DNA of 64,000 nt from contig NIVC01002001.1 of NCBI GenBank assembly GCA_002269645.1, forward strand, positions 62,001 through 126,000, read 5' to 3'. The notes beneath the pieces are model-generated. The model was not told the DNA's origin, did no database searches, and saw only the letters and a list, made by a program, of their open reading frames with translations. This stretch comes from Macrostomum lignano (Eukaryota). Position numbers and translations under genes: made by a program. Every line of letters begins with the position of its first letter. Positions within the stretch are counted from its first letter, which is position 1. Shown here one piece after another: positions 61,978 to 64,000 of the stretch.

Positions 61978-62008
<31 letters not shown>

Positions 62009-62017
62009 TAGACAGAC

Positions 62018-62064
<47 letters not shown>

Positions 62065-62090
62065 TAGACAGACAGACAGACAGACAGACG
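61846..62090. repeat. (CAGA)n microsatellite
   Basis: Tetranucleotide run. Confidence 0.97.
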
Positions 62091-63014
62091 GTGAGTGAGT
62101 CACCTGCCCCACCTGTAGCTTGATGAGAATCTATATGAAGGGTCACCTTCCCCTAGCACCTATAACTCCATGGGATTCTTTTTTTTATTCTCTCTCATCA
62201 AGGAACTAAATTTAAACAAAAGAATTGAATACTATTAATAAAGTTAATTAGTGTTGTTGAACTATTCTTACCTTTTAGCAAGCCATTAAGCCTGCTGACT
62301 GAGCGACGCCCGAAAAAGGGATTTGGTTGGATTGGCGCCCCGTTTGTGGAGGAAGTTTAGACTTTATATAATCCAACTTTCCTGCCCAAAGCCAGCTAGC
62401 TGTTCTGAGGCACTGTACTCTCTCTGTATTCTCTGTACAATTTATATAACTCTACGTAGCCACCTCTGACGGTCTGAATACAGTGCGCGCAGTAGTACAG
62501 TCAAGAATGACGAGTGTAGCGCGGAGGGAAGCGTGTTTCTTGGAAATGAGACGCACTTTTAGGCTGGCGGGTGCGTATGGGGCGACTATTGTTTAAATCT
62601 TCGCGTATAATAGTAACGTCGCTTACAATTACTAATAACGCAAACTTGTTATAATAGTCTGTTTAAGCAACCACTTGGAATGGAAACTTGTACATGTAAC
62701 TATTCCAAACTATCCCTGAAAACTATTGAAATAACGAAATACCGGTAAATGTGATGTCAAAATATTTAGGGTGGTCAACTGCCCCCTCCCCTCCGTTACT
62801 TCTACAAAGACCCTGCAGCTTCCTGGGATTCATAGTAGAAGGGTTTCAATATACAGGCCCCGCGGCTTCATAAGATTCGTAGAATTTGGGGTCAACTGCC
62901 CCCTCTCATCACTGACATTGTTGGGTTCTTGATATTGATAAAAAACTGATGAAACCGCAGGCAATGCGCCGCAATCAGCCTGCAGGCAGTCGACGAAACG
63001 CGGAGTGCGCGCCT

Positions 63015-63991
63015 CTATTTTAATTTAGCAAATTTCTTGTCTCCTACGAATTCTCTCTCTGCCCGGAAACTCCACGGAATTGCCCTGGAAATATCGCGGA
63101 TTTGCCGCCCGAACATGGAACCTTTTCTCTTTCCTTCCTTCTCTTGCTATGAAAAGTACGCTTTACTAATCAGCCAACATTTTGCTAGCTGCAATTCGCT
63201 AGCAAATATAACTATCGACTATTTGAAACTAAAGTTCGCAATGGATAAACAAAAATAATTGAATTTTGTTATAACAAATTATTTCAATTTATTTTTTGCT
63301 TAGTTAAAAACGGAAAATAACAGTTAAAGAATTTAAATATATATATCAAACTTTTTCTGGGGTCTTTGGAATACAGTATGAAATAAGAGAAACTGGTACA
63401 CATATAGACATATAATAATTACAGAAAAACGTAGTAGGAATTACCAATTTTTTTGAAAGAACAATAAGAGAATATATGGAGTTTATATATATATAGGGCA
63501 TGCATTTTAGATTCATTTTAGCGGATAAATATACAAAAACTGTTTACTTTTTGACTCCTGCACTGAAATAAGTAAGATTAGCGATTGACAGACAAAAGAC
63601 AAGTTTAAAACTCAACGCCCAGGTGGGACAAATCAAATACTACAGCAGTTTCACTGACAGCCAGAGTCACCTGCACCGCTCCATCAGACGTCACTCCTCT
63701 GCTGCTGTCTTCAATACGAAAGCGGCCAGATGCTCTCTGAAGAAGCTCCTTGAGGTCACCATTGCTTTCCCAGCCGTCGTGAAGCTTCACCAGCATGCAG
63801 GTATAAAGTTGGAACCGGCCAGGTTGCTCAGAAACATTCGTTGGAATTCGGACTCTCAATCGCAGCTCAGCGAGACTGAACTCGGCGAATCCTGGATCGC
63901 CAGTCTGCACTGGTGGCAGGGGTTGGAAGGTGCAGACGTCTCTAAACTTTCGCATTTGTTTATCGCTTATAAAATGTCGATCTTTGATTGA
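63015..63991 (-). CDS. Uncharacterised protein, copy 2 of the tandem pair (5' exons beyond the window end)
   Basis: Exons 63991-63671 and 63146-63015 have the same splice sites and the same 321-nt exon length as copy 1. Shared sequence: MRKFRDVCTFQ..PVQTGDPGFAEFSLAELRLRVRIPTNVS and QEKEGKRKGS.F.RQIRDIS.AIPWSFRAERE. Confidence 0.7.
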
Positions 63992-64000
63992 CTGCAGGAC

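Overview
This is eukaryotic (animal) genomic DNA with spliceosomal GT-AG introns, GC-rich exons with polyQ/polyA tracts, AT-rich spacers and about 30 mostly unrelated micro- and minisatellite arrays. The style suggests a free-living flatworm such as Macrostomum; that is an inference, not verified. Most long ORFs in the supplied track are translations of tandem repeats, not genes. Spliced genes I could rebuild with phase-consistent junctions: TTLL10 tubulin glycylase (-, 8 exons), TMEM231 (+, 5 exons, head-to-head with TTLL10, each with a promoter X-box), a Cas/BCAR1-family adaptor (-, 4 exons), a two-repeat beta-thymosin (+), MRNIP (+), an anion-selective GluCl/GlyR-like Cys-loop subunit (+), FAM78 (-), the last exon of an unidentified membrane protein, and two tandem copies of an unrecognised gene (-). 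Mobile DNA: an intact tRNA-headed SINE with a 14-bp TSD, a CORE-SINE, RTE and Tc1 remnants, a non-LTR ORF1-like 5' fragment, and a ~1-kb insert with 11-bp direct repeats. The best leads are (i) RFX X-box palindromes embedded in coding exons and read in different frames, (ii) a Cas SH3 exon bracketed by mutually complementary intronic arrays, (iii) intron-by-intron inflation by distinct minisatellites, and (iv) the orphan tandem gene pair.
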